Shown piece by piece: positions 1 through 13,939 of a stretch of 64,000 bases of DNA. Source of the DNA: Cladosporium halotolerans (Eukaryota). A program made the position numbers and the translations under genes. The notes under the pieces are model-generated. The model did no database searches, was not told the DNA's origin, and was given only the letters and a program-made list of their open reading frames with translations. Each line of letters begins with the position of its first letter. Within the stretch, counting starts at the first letter, position 1. The stretch is from positions 62,001-126,000 of the forward strand of contig NW_027191476.1 of the NCBI RefSeq assembly GCF_011745625.1, written 5' to 3'.

Positions 1-428
1 ATGACATGCATTTTCCACGTTTACTCCCTCCAATTTTGGGTTTTGGATCATAGCGAAGGCGCAATGGCGTTCTTGAGCGCGCGTGGCTCTTTCAAATCAT
101 ACTTTAATCAAAAGCTTGTACCATAGTACAACCATATTTTCTGGCACAGCAACGATCCCAGAAACTTATTACTTTTGCCTACCGAATGCTCACTTCGATA
201 TTCCTCGTCTTTCACTCGTTCGCTTTCTCCAGTCACCGTGGACTCGAATCCACTCAGAATCGCAAGGGGTAGACAGGAAGTGAAGAAGTGTTGGGGAAAT
301 AAGCACAATCAATCATACACCGGCGCCAGCCATGCAAATCCCAGATTCCCTATCCCCACTCCATATTACGTACAAAATCCCCTTCTCCAATCCCTTCCCT
401 TTTTGTAGTCCCTTCACGACCCCCACAC

Positions 429-1868
429 CTATCGCCCAACCGAAGCCTCCTTAACCTCATTCTCCAACTGCTCGCTGGGCGCATCCCTCCCCGTCCCAGC
501 GCCAGCGCCAGCACCAGCACCAGCACCACTCACAGGCCGTCCCCTCCTCCCCCTCGAACTCTCCTCGATCGGGCTCTTAGCCTCCGGGCTGTCGTCCTCG
601 CCGCTATTCGTGGGGCTCGGGGCGCGGCTGTCGGACAGGTTGCGGCGGTTGCTGCCCTGCATCCAGCCCTTGACGCCGCCGATGAGGCCCATGGCGTAGC
701 CGGCGGCGAAGTCGTAGTTCTTGCCGCCGTGCTTGCCGCTGCCGTTGGGCGTGGAAGCGCGCTGGGCGGCGCCGGCGGCGTCGAGGGGCGACAGGCGCTC
801 GACGGCGAGCGGGGATTTGGCGCCGGAGCTCAGGCCGCCGCCGGGCGTGAGGCTGCGGAGCGACGGGGCGGGGGAGTTGTTGCGCGAGGGTTGCCAGAAT
901 TGCTTGAGCTCGCGGGACAGTTCTTGGCCGGTGGTGGCCCAGTTCTGGCGGATGTTATCGCGGAGCTCGCCGACGTGGCGTTTGATGTCGAGTTCGTTCT
1001 TCTTGAGCCAGGAGACGTTGAGCTCCTGGCGCGAGGTGCCGCGCTTGAACTGGCGGGCGATGTACTGCTCGTAGTCGCGGACGACCTTTGTGATGATGCC
1101 GGTGGTGCTGACGCCCTCGGTGCGCTGCGTGACGAGGAACTTGCCCTGCTCCTTGATGGGCTTGTAGATGTCGTCGCCCTCGGAGGCGCCGTAGGGGATG
1201 TCGTCGTGCGCGACGTAGTCGATCGAGTGCTTCGCCAGGAAGTCGACGTTGATGACCCAGGGGCAGTCCTCGACGACCTCGTCGACCCACTTGCAGTGGC
1301 GGACGGACTCGGCGCGCTCTTTGGCCGAGAGGACCGTGAGGCCCTTGCGCTTGTGCGTCTCTTCGTCGCCCGTCACGCCGACGATCAGGTAGGTGCCGGG
1401 GAAGGCTTCCTTCGCCTGTTGGAGCTGACGCATATGTCTGTGTTACATCCCGAAGTCAGCCTTCGATTCCCAGTTTATCCCATCGCACACCTCAGCTCGA
1501 GGAAGATACAAAACTCACCCAAGATGAAACAGATCAAAAACCCCGTCGGCGTAAACCCTCACCGGCCTTCCGGTCGGAGGCTTATTCGTCTTGTATCCTC
1601 CCTGGGGATCAACCGCGCCAGCCTTAGGCGGCGGAGCCATGCGCATCTTGCCCGCCTCGCCGTGCTCGCCGGCCTCGTTGACGGTGGTGCCATTGGTCTT
1701 GCTGGAGCGCGTGCGCTTCGCGGGCTTGGAGTCGTCCTCGTCATTGTTGGCATTGTTCGCGTCTGTGGACTCGTCGGCGGAGGGAGCGGCGGCGGCGGCG
1801 GCGGCGGGATACTCAGCCGGCTGCTCGTCCTTAGAAAGCGTGCCGGCGCGCTTGCGTTTCGGAGCCAT
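429..1868 (-). CDS. PCT1: Choline-phosphate cytidylyltransferase (2 exons: 1868-1519, 1437-429)
   Basis: RPVRVYADGVFDLFHLG|HM spliced across a GTGAG..CAG intron (1438-1518) restores the HxGH motif. Also YVAHDDIPY and RTEGVSTT cytidylyltransferase motifs. Confidence 0.95.
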
Positions 1869-2877
1869 TGTGTGATGTGAGAGTGTTGAGAAGGCGGTAT
1901 TAGCTTTCGGCGAGGCTCGTTGCGGCGTGGGTGGTTGCAGAAGCCGGAGGGAATATCTCAGGAGCTCAAAAGATCAACGCAGAAGCGATTAAAATTACCC
2001 CAGCTCGGCAAGCGATGCGGGTACTAGCGAAATAGAACAAGCGACGCGAAATCAACAAATCGAGGAGACAAGCGGAGGGCGGAGGTCTGGCGAGCGAGTA
2101 GTTGACAAGCAGGACGCTCGAGCCCTGGGCGGGAGTGTGGAGAGAAGTTGAGGGACACGGTGACACTTTCTGCCGTCTGCGTTCTTTAGCGGCGGTTGGC
2201 TTGTTGAGCTTGGGCTTGCTTTGACGGCTGCTGACGATGCTGGTCTGAAGAGTCGGTCGAGTCGCGCTGCAGTAACGGCAGGCGTGTGTCAAAGGCCAGA
2301 AGATCGGAATATCTGCGAAAGATAAGTTTCTCTGGAAAACGCGTCGATCAGCAGCAGCGCCTCAACTCAAACGACGTAGCCGGTTGGCAAGTTGGCAGCA
2401 CGCACTTGGCAGGGTACGTCACTCTGAAGGCGAGCCGCGACCTCAGGGTACAGTAGTTTCAGCCGAATAATGCAGAGGGTGAGACGTGCAAAATAACCTT
2501 AGTTGGACTTCACTTGCTAGTCACGAGATGCGCAATGTTAGGTGTAGATGGTCAGTGGTTTCATGCGACTGAGAGAAGCCATATGCTCATTGCATCTTGT
2601 AGAGGGAAGGCACGTTGAGCACACAATCGCAAGTGAACCTGATCGTACGATCACACGGCAGTGGTCGGTCACATTCATACAAGACACAGAATCCACATTT
2701 CACCCGCATGTGTAGTAAACACGCACACTTTCGAAACCACGTGCTGCAAGATGGGTATCATTCATGCTTCATTTCCATGCTTCTGCTAAAGTATAAGTGA
2801 ATTTCGAGAGAGACAGGGGTCGGAGTCAGGGATAGAGAGAGAGCAAGGGTGGAGTGTGGTGGCGTGAAGGTAGGAAA

Positions 2878-4739
2878 CTACTCCTTCGCGGGGCCGTCGG
2901 AGGGAGCCTTCATCTTGGGTTCGTCAGGCGTAGCCGAAGAAGAAGCGTCCTGCTGAGTCTTCTCTTCGGTCTTGGACTCGGCCTCGCGGTTGGGGCCAGG
3001 CGTCTCTTCCCGCTGCACTCGCGCGGTGCTGTCGTTTTCACCATTGGTGTTGCTGCCCTCGGCCTGACCCTTCTTGACCTGCTCCTCGACGTCGCTGTCG
3101 TCCGCTTCCTCTGCCTCACCGCGGTCCTCCATGTCCACGTCGTCGTCGCCGTCGCCGTTGTCGGTACGGATCTCCGTGCCGTCGCCGAGGAGGATGATGC
3201 GGCCGCCACGCCCTCCGAGCACGCGCGTGCGCTGGTCCATGTCCATGTACTCGTCCTCGTCCGAGGCGTCGAAACGGTGGTGTACGCCGGGGCCCCTAAA
3301 CTCCGCTTCACAGATTGTCAGCCTAAGGCTCCGACCTTCCGCGCCGACTCCACTCCTGCACGAGCACATCGAAGCGAGCGACGGGTTGGCACGCACAAAA
3401 GCAAGTGCGCGGATGGATCAAGACTTGCCGTACTCCGGTGGCGCGCAAGGCCCGTCTCCATTCGCAACCCGCTCCGCGATCATGTTGTACCACTCCTCCT
3501 GGGTCTTGCCGTTCAGGAGTGCAATCACACTCATCGTCATGTTGTCGCAGCCCACGCCACCGGTGTCGCTGTTGGACGCCAGGCAGTTGTCCATCATGTT
3601 TTCACAGATGGCTGCGAGGTCTTGCTTCGCGGCAATGCCTCTTCGGACAAACTCGATCACAGCTTGCGAAGATTGGCAATCCCAGATGCCTAGGTGCGGT
3701 TAGCGGAGGATGTTGCTTCATTTGGAGAAATCAACATACCGTCACAGGCAATGACCAGGAACTCATCGTCCTCACCCATCTCGTGGACGGTGACATCGGG
3801 GAACGCAGTAACGATCTGCTGCTCAGGCGGAAGATCGGCACTCTTCTTGAACTCAAAGTCGCCAATAGCTCTGCTCAGCGCAAGGTTGCCGTTCACTCTG
3901 CCGAAGTCGACGAAGCCACCGGCGGCGCAGATGCGAGCCTTCTCGCCCTCATTCTGGGGCTTGTGGTCGAAGGAAAGCGGCTTCGCGCGGCCCTTGATGC
4001 CAAGGACTGATCGCGAATCACCAGAGTTGCCCTGTAAAATTCAGTCATGACACTGGCGCAAAGCAGGAGGCGAAGTTGTACGTACCACATAAATCTTGTC
4101 GTGCGTGATGATGCCGACAGATGCTGTGCACCCAGAGACTTCATCCTCGTATTTGGGGTCTGCACGCCCAAACCAGTCAGCCGATGTCCACAACTTCGCG
4201 CCCACGCTCTTCTCGTCTACCACATACCAGAGAGGATGGCGCGGTCGATGGCCAAAAAGCCATCCTTGAGCGCCTGCTCGAAGTTCTTCTCCTTGAACGC
4301 CTCTTGCTTCGCAATGATCTTGTGCAAGTTCTCGCCAGTGTAGATGGCAACCTTGTCGCCTCCGTGGCCGTCGTAGACACCGAAGAAGGATATGCGAACG
4401 TCCGAGGCGGCGGGCTTGAGCTCCTCGTCGCCCTCGAGCGGCTGCAGGTCGAGCACGGCGGCGTGCGCGTCCTCCATGCTTATCCGCCAGCCTTGCATGG
4501 CGCTGATGCCGAACGCGACGCGGTCATCTTGGCCCTTGTCCGAGTGCTGCGAGCGGGCACGTGGTCAGTTCTGGGGAGCTGGGTGGGAAGTTTTCTGTGC
4601 CTCACGGGCGGCGGGGAGGCGGCGATATTGGGAGGCGGCTGCTGTGCGCCGGCGACGACGCGGCGCGGCAGAGAAGGTGGCCGCGACGGGGATGGAGGCA
4701 TACCTTTTCGGTGACCGGCTCCGACAGTGTCTGACCCAT
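2878..4739 (-). CDS. PTC2: Protein phosphatase 2C, Ptc2/Ptc3 type (6 exons; introns 4547-4703, 4160-4227, 4032-4085, 3690-3739, 3306-3428)
   Basis: The spliced product begins MGQTLSEPV and contains MQGWRISMEDAH, FFGVYDGHGG, GNSGDSR, NGNLALSRAIGD, VIACDGIWD and GCDNMT, followed by an acidic C-terminal tail. Confidence 0.93.
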
Positions 4740-5740
4740 GATTGCGAGAGTGCGGTGGGCGGGAGTGCAGCAGGCGGTGCGGTGCTGCTGTGTGAAGTCG
4801 GCGGCGGTGGTCTGGCGTGGTGAAGTTTGTGTGTCGTGTGTGGGGAGCGGCGGGCCTGGTGAGAGAGGGGCGATACAGCGGCTAGCGTGGCGGGCGAGGG
4901 TGCGCGCGCGCGGTCTATGGGGAGGGGATGGGCGAGGTGTATGTGCGGACGGCGGTGCAGGCAGGTGTAGGGGGCGCGCGCGAGTGTATGCGAGTTGCTC
5001 TTGTGTGTGGTGGTGGTGGTGGCAGACGGCAGTGCGCAGAGTCGCCGGGCCCGTCGCCGTTCACCGCGGCCGCTGGTGACTCTGACGTCGAACGTGGACT
5101 GGACCTGCTGGCTGGCGCTAGCGTGGGGCTGGAATCTGTCATTCATCTGGGCCCGTCTGTAACCAGCTGCCCGCCAAAGCCTCCTCTTCAATAGACAGGA
5201 GGCGCAAAGGTAATATCTGTTCCTGCTTATCTACGTCTGCCTGCTGCTTGACTGCACTCACAGGAGGCTGCGTGGTCGCTCAAATGTCAAACCATCAGAA
5301 CCTGGATGCGGGGCTCCGTCTGCGTGTCCCCGGAACACTTTGCCGGGAGGCGTTTGAATAAACACGACAGCGACCTCGACGGACTGTAAAGCCTGGACCT
5401 TTCCCAAAAGATACGGCTGCGTGATACACAGTCAAGTATCGTCAGTCTCAGACTCCTAATAGACACGACAAGCCTGTCTATGTCTTGTCCACTAATCAAT
5501 GGATTTTTCTCTACCACCGGATGACATCCCCACATGGCCCGACGAAACGGACTCCGCTCCATTTTGTGTGTGCCATGCGGACCCGTATCCGCCCAAATCA
5601 CAAAGACCAAACTCGCCGATACTCCTCGATGAAATTTGGATCATTATGATTGCTCGACGGCTTGAGTAGCGAAAACAATGAATCGCTGATCCAATCAGCA
5701 ATCGTGCTGAACCGACGATTGGAACTCGCTTTGCGCTTAC

Positions 5741-5759
5741 TAGGGTTAGGGTTGGGGTA
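5741..5759. repeat. Interstitial telomere-like motif TAGGGTTAGGGTTGGGGTA
   Basis: TTAGGG-type repeat; exact reverse complement of 53189-53207. Confidence 0.7.
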
Positions 5760-7294
5760 GCCCCAATCGACTTTGCTGGCGGAAGAGCATCTACTGATAC
5801 TTTAAGGGACGGCCGCATGGCATTGTTGGCCTCTATGCGAGGTTGGTAATCTGTGCTCGTGGGCTCATACGCGGCTGGTTATGCAGGGGGTTCTCATGCT
5901 GAAGTCGTCCATTCCTTCGTTTGTGCATCAGTCACATCAAGCACACCCTCCCAGCATATTCATCAGTCGCGACGCATTGCCATAGATTTCGATGGAGAAC
6001 CCGTACGTGTCCACACAAATGCCGTGGGACTCATTCTTGCGGTGGTTGAGTCCTTTGGTAAACATTCGGATAGCATTCTCTCGTATCCGATGGTCTCATC
6101 CCCACGGTGGAGAAAATGCCAGATCCGATGAGAAATTCCACGTAGTAGACTACCGGCCATACAAAAGCCCATCTGACCCATTGAAGCAACACGGACAACC
6201 CAAGCAGCCATGGGCCAGGGCATCAGACCACAGCTTGCACGAGATAACCATATTCAATACTGGATCAGTGATCACGAAGCAGGTACATTCCTCATCCCGT
6301 AAGCTGACGTGGGGAGATCCCCAGCCATCAGCCGCAGGGTGTGCAGACGGCGAGATCTATGCAAGGCTGACAGATGTCACTACCGCATGATACTGGGTGC
6401 ATCGCAGCTGTACGCTTTATGTACATAAGCCAATGGCAGCATAACGCACACAGCGACTCGGCACTGGAGGCCGTGAAGTAGATCGATCGGCCAGTAGTGA
6501 GGCATGATGCGTACATGTACGTTGTTCCCGGCCTGCGTGGGAGTGTGATCGACGTGAGGAGACAAAGACCTCGGTAACAGGCACAGTCACAGTCGCGAAG
6601 GCGATCAGAAGTGTGTGCTAGGCAGGCAGCGTGATACAGCAGGGTATGTCAATATGAGACAGGCAGCATAACAGCATCGTCAAGCATGGCGTTAATATTG
6701 CGACAAGAGGAAAGAGGGTCCGGACTGCAGATTGGCGGGATGGCTTGACACAGCAGGCCGAGTCATCAGCCGGGCGAGGGGGAGCAGAAAGACTCGAGGG
6801 CTCGGAGTGGCCTGCGGGCGGTGCGTGGGCAGAGAAAAAGGCTATTCGTCCCATGAGCCTCGTCACCCTCCGCCGTCGCCCGCGTCGCCCGAGGGGTCCC
6901 ACTTCGCTCCGGGCTAAACGCCGTCCATTACCAAGCCATCTCAACCACCCATCCGCGCCATTCCCCCTCCGCACGCCCATCCGCGCTCATACCACCTGCC
7001 CGCCCACACCACACCACACCACACCCGATCCGCACCCACACACCCACATACATACACACCCCCCCGACTCCGCGCACACGGCTCCGCGACACCTCCCAGC
7101 GACGTCGACCACCGCCGCCAGCACGCGCCCGCCGCCTTTGTCCTCTGCCGGGCCCTCCCGCCTTGTTCCCACGCCACTGTGAAAAGCGCAGACAAAGCCC
7201 GTCGGCGGCCTTCATTTCACGACCCGAGTCCGCAGGCGCAGATTGCTCCGCCAGTCTGCGTCGCAACCCGACAACCCGCTGCGACGCGAGAGCC

Positions 7295-8136
7295 ATGTCC
7301 AGCTACAACAGCCGCAGGGCACCCAACGTGTCTGCGTACCTCGCCAACCTCAACACCATCCCGTCGCAGCAGGAACTCTCCGCGCAGAACGACTTCGATT
7401 TCGGTGACGAGGGCCTCGACTTCCTCGCCAACACCGAGTTCCTCGACTTCGACGGTCCTTTCGGCGCCCCTGCTCCGGAGCCCGATTTCGCGCAGCATGC
7501 GCCCGCGCCCCAGCAGCCCCAGCAGAACACCGTCCCAATGACCGGTAAGGCTACCTGAAGATATTGCTATATCGCTCAAAGATGTTGTCGCTAACCCCAC
7601 CTCCAGGCCCTGGCTACCAGTTCTCCGAGTTCCAGACCTTCCCGCACTCGCTCGCCAACTCGCCCACCAACATCGCCCCGAGCCCGCCCAACGGCCTGCA
7701 AGGCAACTACCCGCCGCAGCAGAATTACAATGCTGGTGACAAGCGCAAAGCCTCCGCCTCCAATGTCGCACCCGTCGCCGATCTGGAAGAGCAGTCACGT
7801 CTCGCAGCCGAGGAGGACAAGCGCCGCCGCAACACAGCCGCATCCGCGCGCTTCCGCGTGAAGAAGAAGCAGCGTGAAGCCGAGTTAGAGAAGAAGTCCA
7901 AGGACATGGCGGACAAGGTCAGCTCGCTGGAGAACAAGGTGCACCAGCTGGAGATGGAGAACAAGTGGCTCAAGGGCCTGATCACGGAGAAGAGCGACGT
8001 CAAGGGCATGGAGGAGCAGTTCAAGAAGTTCGCCGCCGAGCGTGCCTCGCAGGAGAAGGAGGCCGAGCGAAGTAGCGAGCTCAGGACTGACGGTGTCGGT
8101 ACGGATGCCGTCGAGGCCGAGGCGGCTACGGCTTGA
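7295..8136 (+). CDS. metR: bZIP transcription factor, MetR/Cys-3 (sulfur regulator)-like (intron 7545-7606)
   Basis: N-terminus RRAPNVSAYLANLN; basic region EEDKRRRNTAASARFRVKKKQRE followed by a leucine zipper ending ENKWLKGLITEK; GTAAG..GCTAAC..CAG intron. Confidence 0.85.
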
Positions 8137-9894
8137 TCGAGCCGATGTTTTTGGACACGTTGTTTTCTGAAACATTCCCGCCATGCTTTTACGTCTTTTT
8201 TCTTGTTATTCAACACTCGCCCTAATGTGACGTTCCTCTCCGCCTTTGAGCGGGAGAACACAGAGGGACAAGCAAAAAGAAATACACTCGGCCGTCTAAG
8301 TGATGACGATTTGCCACGAGAAGTGCTGTTCACATGCGATACCATCTAGACACACACCACAGACACGAAACGAACACCCAGAATATTTACCATTCTACAT
8401 TAGACCTTTTGGTCACTTCCTACATCCCTACCGCAATTGTTCACTTACATGTACAGCACGCCAGGAGCGAACCGCACTGGACTGCAAGTTACAACCAGTG
8501 CTCCCTCCCTCCCAACCACCCGCACCCATCCCAACACCAAGGCCTCCAAAAAAAACAAAAACCGCAAGACCCCCACCAGCCACCAGCACCTCACACCTCG
8601 CGAATGAAAATTTGAGCCCCCCATCCCAAGAACAGACCAAGCACAGCTCCCTCCAACGCAGCAAGCAGAAGCCACCACAAGAGAGACCCCCCCCACTCAA
8701 GACGATTGCGCCATCCCTCGCAGGCGAGACACGCCCTCGCAAGCGAGGCCAGGCCCCAGCAGGTCCAGCCACGCCAGCAGTCTCCCTCACTCCCTCGCTC
8801 GAGACCGGGCTCGGGACGTCTGCGGTCGCTCTACTGTGCAGACCGCGCGCGCGGCCGCGGATGGGTCCTTGCCCTGCCCTGCCTTGCCCTGTCTCCCACT
8901 GCCTCGCTCAATGGGCGCGAACAGGGTGAGGAAGCGAAACCCCACCGGGACCACAGCTCGCGACCGGCCGGGAGCGGGCTGAGGCTCTGCTGTGTGTGAC
9001 CTAGCTGCTGTAGAGAGGAAGTCTCTCCGATGCTGAGGGCGGGTTCGCGTGCTGTGTGCATGGGATGGGCTGGGATCGGTCGGGTGCTGCGGGTTCAGGA
9101 GCGGGAGGGAGGAGAGGGCGAGTGGAGAGGGAAGACGGGTCACGCCATTTCACGTGATGTTTTCACCTGTGCGTTGCGTTGCGTTGGGCAGGGTAGGGTA
9201 GGATAGGGATGAGATGGGGGGGTGAGGTGAGAGTGCCTCAAGAGGATCGATATCTGGTGTCTTTGTCTTCCATCAGCAGCTCGTACAAGTAAGCAGCGAG
9301 ATACGCAAGCAGATTTCCGTCGACTTCCAACAACGGAGTTGCTTCCTCTCTCTTTCACCCTCTCTCGCATGTGAACGAAGCAGTTCAAACGAAAAGCGGG
9401 GCGGTTGAGTTCCTTCGAGCAAGCACAGTCGCAGCAGTCGAGCACGCCATCGCCTAGCCAGATTGCTTTCCCCGAGCAGTGGACCTCGCGCAGGGAGTAA
9501 GGGCCGCAGATGGTATTATTGCATTATCATTTCATTATCGATTGAAAAACGGTAGGGAACGGCAGCCATGCATGAGCACGACATCGCGGGATGTTTCTTT
9601 TCGGGTGGCTGGTTTCTCTGATTCGAATCTTGCATATGCGACGCTACCTCATTCTACTGCTACACCACCTCTGCATTCTGCATGTCCAGTTCCGTACATG
9701 TGCGTGCATACATGCAAGCAAGCCTGCGCGCACGAGAAGGAAAGACCCATTACATATCTGCATATCCTCCAACATGCATCGCTCTCGTCTCCGGAGATTA
9801 ACGGGGAAATCCATACCACGAGTACTTCATCGGCTCAAGCAAGGACCGAATAAAGAGGAAGACGGGATTTACGTTAGGCAGGCAAAGGAACGGA

Positions 9895-12800
9895 TTACAA
9901 GTACAAAGACTGGGCGGCGACGATGTCTCTGCGGACCTTCGTCAGGGCCGTGTCGAACTTCTGCTCGAGCTCCTCGCTGCCCATGACCTTGGAGGCCTGG
10001 CCCATCTGGCGCAGCAATTCTTCCAGGCGTCTGAACAGGCGGATCAAGCTGCCTTCGTAGACATCCGTCATTTTGCTGTGAAAGTGTAATAGTCAGTTGA
10101 ACAATAACAGAAAAGTCACCTGAAAGTGACCACAGAAGTAAAGTACAACTTACCAAATCTGGGCGAAGCTCGCACCGTTAGTCCAGGCGAACACAACCTC
10201 CATCAGCTCCTTCTTGAAAGTCTGCACATACTCCTCCTCGTTGAGCGGCACCTTGCTCTCCATGCTGATTTTGGCGATCTTGCGGGCCTGCTGTTGGATG
10301 TCCTTGAAGGGTTTGGCCAGCTCGCCCTTGAGTGCGACTTCCTCCTTGGTCTTCTCCTCGAAGATGAAGCAGGACAAGGCGGCGGCGCACAGCTCGGGCG
10401 ACAGCTCGTTGAAGAAGCGGTTGAAGAGTAGCTCGGAGAGAACAAGCTCGTCACCGGTGCTGATCTCGCAGGCGACGCGAGCCTTGAGCTGCACGACATC
10501 GGCGTCGTTGACGAAGTCCAGGCGGCGCAGCACGCGCTTGCGGTTCTTGAGCTCGTCGAGCTGCAGCACGGACAAGGCGTCTTGGATCTGCTTCTTGAGG
10601 CCCTTGATCTCATTGCCGAGCTCGACCTTGGCGGCGTACTGGTCGTAAAGCGAGGGCAGCTGCTCGGATTCGTGCATGGGGTGATTGAGGAGTCTGTGCT
10701 CCAGAACTTCGATCTTGCGCAGCAGTCTCTTGAAGCTCTCATCCTCAATGTGCATGTTCTCGATGGGGTCGAGGACCGCAATGCCGTCAGGGAAGCGGAC
10801 CTTGACCTCCTCCATCTGCTTGCGCACGGTGTTTCTCTGTTCTGCGGTGCGCAAATCTTTCGGCAGGTGAAGGCGGAGGTGTCCGATAGACTCGATAGTG
10901 CCGTTCAGAATGGGCACAATTTCCATCTTGCCCTTCTCGCCATTTGTTGGTGGGCGAACGCCGGGTGGGAGGTTTCCTGTAGGCTTGGTACCCTTCGGCG
11001 GCGCGGTGGAGTCACTGGCGACCAGCATCAGAACGTCAATTCTGTACTGCTGGCCAGCAGGAATATCCTCCTTCTTCTGGCCCTTCTGGGGCTTCTCTTC
11101 GATGTAGTTGACGACAACACACCATCCGAAGTCATGATCCTGGTATTTCACCTTAACCAGGCGACCGCCCTGCAGAAATCTGAGCAAATATTGAGGGTGA
11201 GTTATGACAGCCCTCATGTCTTGTGTGTAGCCACTGATGTTCTGACGGAGCTCATAATACTCCTTGATGTCAGCCTCGTTCTGGATACGCATGTTGGCAC
11301 GCTTCTGTTCCTTTTCGAGCAACTGCTTCTCCAGGCCAGAGACCGAAGCGGCGTTCTGGAACTGGAAGAAGCAGCGCTCGAGCATGAATTCTGGGCTAAT
11401 AGCTTCGACACGCATCAAGTTGAGAATCATGTTGTAACCAAGGTAGAAAGCACTGTTGAGCTTGTCCTGCTCACCACGCACGATCTCCTTGGCAGCGCCA
11501 GGCTCCATCTGCTCATCAATCATCATGATGACAATTCCGCGTTCATCCAAGCCTCTGCGACCAGCGCGACCAGACATTTGGATGAATTCCGACGGCGTGA
11601 CCCATCTCATGCCTGAGCCGTCGAATTTGCGGACGGAAGTGAAGACGACCGTCTTTGCGGGCATGTTCAAACCAATGGAGAAGGTCTCTGTCGCAAAGAG
11701 CACCTTGATCAAGCCCTCCTGGAACAAAATCTCGATTGTTTCCTTGAGAATAGGGAGCAATCCAGAGTGGTGAATACCGATACCCCTTCTGAGAAGCGGG
11801 AGGACATGCTGGATTTGGGGCAACTCCTTGTCCTCGTCTGAGAGCATCTCGATCGCAGAACTGAAGACCTTCGACACCATGTCCTTCTCAGACTCGTCGT
11901 TGAACGCCAACTGACTCATCTGCAAAGCATTCGTCTCGCACTCACGCTTCGAGAACGAGAAGACAATCACAGGGTTGTAGTTCTTCATCATGATCATCTT
12001 CACGATCTTGTAAATGTCAGAGGGACCGTCCTGTTTGCCGCCCTTGTTGGTCTTTTTGTCTTTGCCTTTGCCCTTGCGCTTCGCCATGGGGTCTGAACCA
12101 TCATCCCCAGCTTTCGCGCTGACAGCAGTCATCGCCTTGTTGAAGTTCTCATCTCTAAAAACACCCTTCTCGTCAACCACCAAGTGAATGCCTTCCGCGC
12201 CCGCGGGGAAAAGGTAGTGCTGGAGAGGGGTTGGTCGGAAATCGGTATAAACAACGTGACAGGGCTGGTTGTGCGTCTTCGTGATCCACTCTGCGAATTG
12301 CATGGCGTTGGGAATGGTGGCAGATAGGAAGACATAGCGGACCTTGTCAGGTAGCAGAATGATGGTCTCCTCCCATACGACACCACGCGACTTGTCACGC
12401 ATATAGTGAACCTCGTCGAACACTACCCATGCGACTTCACGCATAATCTCAGAGCCACGGTAGAGCATAGAGCGCAGAATCTCCGTGGTCATGACCAGGC
12501 AGGTTGCGGTGGGGTTGATGGTGACATCTCCAGTCATCAGACCGACATCGCCAAACTCTGCCTGGAACTCACGGTATTTCTGGTTACTCAGCGCTTTGAT
12601 CGGGCTGGTGTAGATGACTCTCTGGTTGTTCCGCAAACACTGGGCAACCGCGTACTCTGCCACCACAGTTTTACCTGCACTGGTATGCGCAGACACAAGT
12701 ACACTCTCATTACGCTCAATGGACACGATCGAGACCTCCTGGAATGGATCGAGCGTGAACGGCCACGTGCGGGCGGGCTTCTCCGGGCGCTTGTGCTGCG

Positions 12801-13188
12801 AGATGGGCACGTATTCATAGTCCGGTGGTAACGAGACTTGATGGCGGACTTGATGCGACAGTACGACCGCGGCATCGTCCTTTTGTGCTTGCAAACCGGC
12901 AGAAGCCGCGATCTCGCGCGACTGCTCAGTCTCGAAAGTATCCGTCACCAACGGCTCAGGTTCATCGTCTTTCCGTTGGCGCTTTTGGTCGCGCTCGTTG
13001 TCGTTGTTCGCGCCATCCTCGGTCGCGTCGTTCATCGGCTGGTCTCCTGCGGCCTGTCCGTCGCCATTTTGCTCAGCCTGTGGCGACTTGATGTCGCCAT
13101 TCAGCGAGCGCTTTTTCGTCCTCTTCTCTTTCCTGCCGCCGGCCTTGGCGGCGCTCTCGTTGAACACGTCGAACAGCTCGTCCTCCAT
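9895..13188 (-). CDS. MTR4: ATP-dependent RNA helicase Mtr4/Dob1 (exosome cofactor); intron 10076-10153
   Basis: SAHTSAGKT Walker A, DEVH box, [13 protein letters not shown] motifs and arch/KOW insertion. The last exon encodes [24 protein letters not shown]...[11 protein letters not shown]. Confidence 0.96.
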
Positions 13189-13939
13189 GGTCAGGTGACC
13201 TCCGGGTGTCGCAGTCTTCGAAGGTGCGCTGCGGCGTGCGCGCGAAGGATTAGGATCGACCAGATTGCGAAGGCGTTGGGCAAAGATGAAGGCGTTTCGA
13301 TAAAAGCTCGAACTAAGAAGAGGTAAAGACCGGAAAGGAAAGGCTGCGGGACGGCGCGCGAAGCTTCGTCACAAAGATGGGGTTGCGGGAGCGGCGATCG
13401 GGCCTCTCGCAAGTGGGACGTTGGCGCCATCTCACACTTCAACGCTGAGGCCTTCTGCTCTTCATCTCACTCTACTAAATGAATATAGCCTCTGTTAAGG
13501 CGCTGTGTCTCTCTTCAAGCCTGCAGCGTCGTCATTCTTCAACGACCCCATTTACCTTGTGCTCACTGCCCAACGCTCACATTTGCCTTTGTGCTCAGTC
13601 TGCACCGTTCCGTCAGCGTGGTGCCAGACATCGCGCAAGACATCGTTGCCGGCTCATTAGACATGTCATTCTCCCACGCAAACCGCCCGCCAACATTGCA
13701 ATGTCAATCTCGCGGTATGGAGAGGAGACGCCTCATTCAGGGCGATCAGAGGTAGGCCGCGTCGACTTCAAATACATGCCATCTCTCTCGCTGTTTCATT
13801 ACTGTCTCTTACTCTCAACACACTCTCTAATCACTCATTTCTCTGCTCATTCTTTTGTGTCTTTACTCACTCAGACAGTCTTTACTTTTGTTCTCACTAC
13901 TCACCTCAGACAATCTTTACTACTGTATCTTGACTCACA

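Noticed and set aside
729..1880. Long antisense ORFs (e.g. 729-1880, 2854-3693, 10582-11616, 44502-45263, 55421-56338, 60929-61810) and alternative-frame ORFs (e.g. 61402-62601)
   Set aside because: Shadow frames of GC-rich real genes, with no independent motifs.
5853..6390. ORFs in the PTC2-metR intergenic region
   Set aside because: Non-ATG or weak starts, no motifs, no coding-like bias.
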